A DNA stretch of 64,000 bases from an uncultured bacterium (GTDB lineage Bacteria; Krumholzibacteriota; Krumholzibacteriia; LZORAL124-64-63), in assembly GCA_963732385.1 (NCBI GenBank), contig CAVSZB010000007.1, forward strand, positions 641,685 to 705,684, read 5' to 3'. The notes below the pieces were generated by a model. That model did no database searches. It was not told the DNA's origin and was given only the letters and a program-made list of their open reading frames with translations. Shown piece by piece: positions 63,003 through 64,000 of this stretch (the stretch's first letter is position 1; each line of letters begins with the position of its first letter). A program made the position numbers and the translations under genes.

Positions 63003-63992
63003 CTACAGCGTGCCGCTGGCGACGAGGCGGAAATCGCCCAGGCCGTGGGCATCGTAGAAGGTGAAGACGAGACGCCGGGCGTGATAGTACCAGATCTCCC
63101 AGCGCCCCTCGTACCCCAGATCGGCTCCCCGCTCCTCGATCGAGTCCGGCTCGCCGCAGCGGACCCAGATCCGACCGCGATCGGTGAGGGCGCCGCGTCC
63201 CAGCCCGCCGAACCGCGCGTCGGCGGCCACGATCCGCAGCAGGTGCTCGCGCTCCAGCTCGGCGGCAGGGACACCGGCGGCGGTGGCCAGCGGCGGCCAG
63301 AGCGCCCGCCACGCTTCTCGCCGCTGTCCGGGCGGCAGCCGCAGCAGTTCGGCGCGTATCCCGGATGGCACGAGCCCCTCCAGCCAGGCCACATGCTGCC
63401 GCCACTGCCCGTCCTCGCGCCAACGCATCGCCAGATTCACAAACGGACGGGGAGGATCAAGGTCGAGTCGCTCCGGCGCGGTCGCATCGCCACTCTCTAC
63501 CCTGAGCGACAGAACCAGCCGCCCCAGCGGCAGATCGTCCGCGGCCCAGGCAATCCGGATGACCGCGGGCGCATCCCCCACCGCTGAGGGCGAGATCATC
63601 AGCAGCCGCGGAGCCGGCTTGTCCCCCCGCCCCGGCGGCGCCACGAGCGCGGCAAGGGTGACCCCGTCCGGCGGCCAGTCCGGTACGTTGGGACGCCGGG
63701 CCAGGGTCACGCTGACCCGCAGTGAATCCTCCTGGGGACCGAGCGCAGCGCCGGTGTTCGGCCCCACCGCCGCGTTCCAGGTGAAATCGGAAAAATAGAG
63801 CGGAACCCGCAGACCCCGTCCGGCGACGTACTCCAGGCGCTCCCGCCACCGGCGGGAGGTGCCTGTCACCAGGATCTCGACTTCCAGCGTGGTGCGGCCG
63901 CCGGCGCGCAGTTGCAGAGGCACGGCGCAGGAAAGTTGCTGATCGCCGCGCGTGGCGGCATAGTCGGCGACCGTGACCGCCGCCTCCCCCAC
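63003..63992 (-). CDS. GWxTD-domain protein (N-terminus probably beyond window edge)
   Basis: The C-terminus RGRIWVRCGEPDSIEERGAD...GRWEIWYYHARRLVFTFYD matches the GWxTD signature. It lies 27 nt upstream of the OMP gene on the same strand. Confidence 0.65.
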   Translation of the reverse strand: MGEAAVTVADYAATRGDQQLSCAVPLQLRAGGRTTLEVEILVTGTSRRWRERLEYVAGRGLRVPLYFSDFTWNAAVGPNTGAALGPQEDSLRVSVTLARRPNVPDWPPDGVTLAALVAPPGRGDKPAPRLLMISPSAVGDAPAVIRIAWAADDLPLGRLVLSLRVESGDATAPERLDLDPPRPFVNLAMRWREDGQWRQHVAWLEGLVPSGIRAELLRLPPGQRREAWRALWPPLATAAGVPAAELEREHLLRIVAADARFGGLGRGALTDRGRIWVRCGEPDSIEERGADLGYEGRWEIWYYHARRLVFTFYDAHGLGDFRLVASGTL

Positions 63993-64000
63993 CCCGCCCC

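Overview
This is a 64-kb window of high-GC (about 70%) bacterial chromosome, gene-dense, with no rRNA and no CRISPR array. Most of it is housekeeping, arranged in two long minus-strand blocks.

From 46054 down to 28620 the order is fusA2-yebC-ruvCAB-queA-tgt-yajC, then def-fmt-rsmB, a kinase-less PASTA protein, rpe, and ffh-rpsP-KH-rimM-trmD-rplS-rnhB-yraN. From 59050 down to 48308 the order is radC-mreBCD-mrdA-rodA-lgt-aroE-comF-pgk-secG-tRNA-Leu(GAG).

The window also holds a nucleoside-catabolism operon (deoB-cdd-deoC-deoA), PBP1A, rarA, pfkA, leuS and lysC.

Several features suggest a Fibrobacteres-Chlorobi-Bacteroidetes (FCB)-superphylum-like, possibly Gemmatimonadota-like, organism. These are a GWxTD-domain protein, a subtilase with a type IX secretion system (T9SS) C-terminal sorting domain, and a small Lys/Ala-repeat histone-H1-like protein.

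The accessory content is as follows:
- A 2168-aa single ORF directly downstream of leuS. It has a Cys4 zinc ribbon and a C-terminal SF1-helicase-like domain whose Walker A and B motifs are degenerate.
- A beta-eliminating lyase (tryptophanase / tyrosine phenol-lyase family) in an apparent operon with two uncharacterised proteins.
- An HDOD / GAF-PP2C / STAS partner-switching module.
- A subtilase split by a frameshift in a G8/C8 homopolymer.
- A repeat-rich 790-bp noncoding islet between tRNA-Leu and the histone-like gene.

All functional calls rest on motifs I recognise by eye in the supplied translations. No database search was run. Start codons are estimates; the ORF track appears to translate GTG and TTG starts as M.
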